Made by a program: the position numbers and the translations under genes. Shown here piece after piece: positions 48,419-50,245 of a stretch of 50,245 bases of DNA (position 1 is its first letter; each line of letters starts with the position of its first letter). Under the pieces are notes generated by a model that saw only the letters and a list, made by a program, of their open reading frames with translations, did no database searches and was not told where the DNA came from. This DNA is from an uncultured Micrococcales bacterium (lineage in GTDB: Bacteria > Actinomycetota > Actinomycetes > S36-B12 > UBA10799): assembly GCA_937952095.1 (NCBI GenBank), contig CALFYG010000327.1, positions 1 to 50,245 on the forward strand, given 5' to 3'.

Positions 48419-48454
48419 GACCCCGTGCCGGGTGTCGAATCTCGGCACGGGGTC
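48419..48454 (+). terminator. Hairpin, terminator/attenuator-like
   Basis: A perfect 12-bp stem, GACCCCGTGCCG / CGGCACGGGGTC, with a 12-nt loop, 8 nt after the stop codon. A C-run rather than a U-run follows. Confidence 0.4.
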
Positions 48455-48500
48455 ACCCCCCCCCCGACTCAACCAAACTGAACCGAAGGGTAGCGAAGCA

Positions 48501-48614
48501 ATGATCGAATGGATAGCTCTACGAGTAGCCCAACTCACTTGGGTCGTCATCGCAGCCGCATGGCTCGTCTATGTGGCATGCCTGGTCGTCCTGCGCTGGT
48601 GGGAGTCGCGATGA
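48501..48614 (+). CDS. Small single-pass membrane protein, 37 aa
   Basis: Internal ATG of ORF 48432..48614. Translation MIEWIALRVAQLTWVVIAAAWLVYVACLVVLRWWESR. ATGA overlap with the next gene. Confidence 0.4.
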   Translation: MIEWIALRVAQLTWVVIAAAWLVYVACLVVLRWWESR

Positions 48615-49507
48615 GCGTCAAGCCACGGGACGTGCCCGGCCTGCGCGACCGGCTCATCGGCAACATCAACCGGGCGCTAGGTAATCTGCCCGACGCCGTG
48701 AACGACCAGCCGGTGCTGGATGCAGTCTCCAACCTGGAGTGGACCGTCCGAGCCTTGTATTCTGGGAAAGTCCAGCTCATATGGGTGTCGACCGAGACGC
48801 TGCGGGTCGCTGCTCGCGTCGCCGAAACCATCCCGGTCGACACGCTGTTCACTGAGGTTGAGCGTCCACCGTGGGGGTTCGCCGTGTTCGAAACGCCCGT
48901 CGAAGGGGTCGATGCCGAAACGGGCGGAACGGTTGTCGTGGATGCGATGTCCTGGGGTCCGGTGCGTCTGCGGGCTGTCCCTGGCACTGACCACTTGGGG
49001 ATCGGCTGCCACACGTTCGGCGGCCACTTCAGCGGTGAGGGATCCGCACACCTGGCCGAAGAGATGCCCGACGACCTGGTGCCGATCGGACGGTCCGACT
49101 GGTTGGCTGATGATCCGATCGACGTGGTGTCCCAGATGGACGACCCGACGGCTGCGGCGTCGATGGTCGAGGACCGTCGCCTACTGGTCGCCCTCTGGAC
49201 GCTCATGGACTCGGAGCGGCACACGACCCGGGAGGCATGGGTCCCGCGCAACAAGAGGGCACGGCGCCGGTACGACGGCACCCCGCCCACTGTCACCGTC
49301 GTCCGCATCCGGGGTGAGGCCGAGGCGTCCGGTCGTCGCGGGACGGGGTCCCCAGCCACGCACGCTTCGTGGGTCCGACCGCATCTGCGGCGCCAGCCGT
49401 ACGGGCCGGGCCGGTCGTTGCGGCGCCTGCAACTGATTGACGGTCACGTCCGCCGGGCGGACCTGGGCGATCCGGTGCGCCGGGACCGCGTGTGGAGAGT
49501 CGACTGA
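48611..49507 (+). CDS. Hypothetical protein
   Basis: ATGA-coupled internal start of ORF 48509..49507. Good GC3 bias. No family recognised. Confidence 0.55.
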   Translation: MSVKPRDVPGLRDRLIGNINRALGNLPDAVNDQPVLDAVSNLEWTVRALYSGKVQLIWVSTETLRVAARVAETIPVDTLFTEVERPPWGFAVFETPVEGVDAETGGTVVVDAMSWGPVRLRAVPGTDHLGIGCHTFGGHFSGEGSAHLAEEMPDDLVPIGRSDWLADDPIDVVSQMDDPTAAASMVEDRRLLVALWTLMDSERHTTREAWVPRNKRARRRYDGTPPTVTVVRIRGEAEASGRRGTGSPATHASWVRPHLRRQPYGPGRSLRRLQLIDGHVRRADLGDPVRRDRVWRVD

Positions 49508-49561
49508 ACTGTCCAGCACGTGTGCTAGCATCCCTGCAAGTTCAACCGAAGGAAGGAAACC

Positions 49562-49798
49562 ATGACCCCCGAACAGCTCGCCGACCAACTCACCACGCCA
49601 CTCCTACGGAACCTGACCGGCAGGGAGCGGATCTACGCCACCACGGAGGGCCTGTCGACCGGTGAGGTGGCGCTGCTCCGCATGGCCGAGGCGCTGCACT
49701 CGGTGCAGGCACTCGCCCCGCGCGTCGACTCGGCCCTCCAGGCGGCCGTTGCTGACTGCTGCCGCAGCATCGCCGACGACATCGAAGGGCTCCCCTGA
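49562..49798 (+). CDS. Hypothetical protein
   Basis: GAAGGAAGGAAA RBS and good GC3 bias. Confidence 0.5.
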   Translation: MTPEQLADQLTTPLLRNLTGRERIYATTEGLSTGEVALLRMAEALHSVQALAPRVDSALQAAVADCCRSIADDIEGLP

Positions 49799-50193
49799 TG
49801 ACCACCCCGCCCCCGTTCAACGGTCCGTTGCCACCCCAGCCGTGGCAGGCCGATACCGCCGCCTTCTACCGGGACGTGGCCCGTCACCAGGACCGCCGTC
49901 GCCGCTGGCCGTGGGTCGCCGCTGCCTGCGCCGCTGTTGCCGTCCTGTCCGGGGTCGTCGGGTTCGCCGCCAGTCGGGCGATGGTGGACGAGACACGCGT
50001 CGACCTGATGGAGCGGTGGGATGGGCTCGACGCCGAGGGCAAAGCGACCATGTGTGACGGGTTCAACGACCTGGGCATGGACGCCATGACCGACACGGCG
50101 ATGGAAGCGTTCGCCGACGACGACGAGTTGTCGGAGATTCCCCGCTCCGAAGTCAACGCTTGGCTCCGAGCAGTCAAGGACGAGCGATGCTGA
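49798..50193 (+). CDS. Membrane-anchored hypothetical protein
   Basis: ATGA overlap with the upstream gene. One TM helix, WPWVAAACAAVAVLSGVVGFAA, followed by an acidic domain. Confidence 0.5.
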   Translation: MTTPPPFNGPLPPQPWQADTAAFYRDVARHQDRRRRWPWVAAACAAVAVLSGVVGFAASRAMVDETRVDLMERWDGLDAEGKATMCDGFNDLGMDAMTDTAMEAFADDDELSEIPRSEVNAWLRAVKDERC

Positions 50194-50245
50194 CCCGCTG
50201 GCTGCTCAAGACAGTCGCCGCTGACGGCGCCGCTTACGGCGACTT
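50187..50245 (+). CDS. Start of a further ORF running off the window
   Basis: ATG 50187 overlaps the upstream stop region. Only 19 codons are visible (MLTRWLLKTVAADGAAYGD). Confidence 0.2.
   Translation, partial: MLTRWLLKTVAADGAAYGD

Noticed and set aside
48419-48454. tRNA-like T-arm (GGTGTCGAATCT loop containing TCGAAT).
   Set aside because: It is a simple 12-bp hairpin with no acceptor, D or anticodon arms around it. It fits a terminator or attenuator better.
1-50245. Search for integrase, terminase, tail, lysis, tRNA, rRNA and CRISPR-Cas components, and for a classical defence island.
   Set aside because: No motifs for these were recognised in any frame. The window appears to hold only phage replication/early genes (block A) and head plus early genes (block B). 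Absence cannot be proven without profile searches.

Overview
The window joins two compositionally unrelated phage-like blocks, with almost all genes on the + strand. GC values are estimates by eye, not computed.

Block A (1 to ~10,000; roughly mid-40s % GC; ATG/TTG starts, AGGAG-type RBS) is a proteobacterial-style phage replication/recombination/early module. It holds a 5'-truncated primase-helicase-type P-loop NTPase, an RHH regulator, a Sak4-like AAA_24 ATPase and a DUF669 SSB-like protein. It also holds two tandem Cys4 paralogs, RusA, a T4 endonuclease V (DenV) homolog, an SNF2-type helicase, a beta-class DNA methyltransferase, an XRE HTH protein and a chain of translationally coupled small ORFs.

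Block B (~10,070 to the end; roughly high-60s % GC; GC3-saturated, many GTG starts, leaderless-type promoters) looks like an actinobacteriophage head and early region. It starts with a minus-strand ECF-like sigma factor and a portal-MuF fusion. About 24 kb of giant multidomain, polyvalent-type proteins follow. Their domains are GNAT-like, two HExxH zincins, a 2H phosphoesterase, a ParB/Srx-like domain split by a 352-aa intein, and two paralogous R-S-ExE ADP-ribosyltransferase-like proteins, one with about a dozen SH3-like repeats. A prohead protease gene sits among them. After the cassette come a basic scaffold-like protein, an HK97-type capsid gene with a delta-like N-terminus, two glycosyltransferases, and divergent regulatory/early genes.

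The A/B switch happens within <100 bp at a 54-bp GGCTCC/GGCTAC microsatellite and is most simply an assembly or concatenation chimera. I recognised no rRNA, tRNA, CRISPR, integrase, terminase, tail or lysis genes. All functional calls rest on motifs I recognise by eye; no database search was run.
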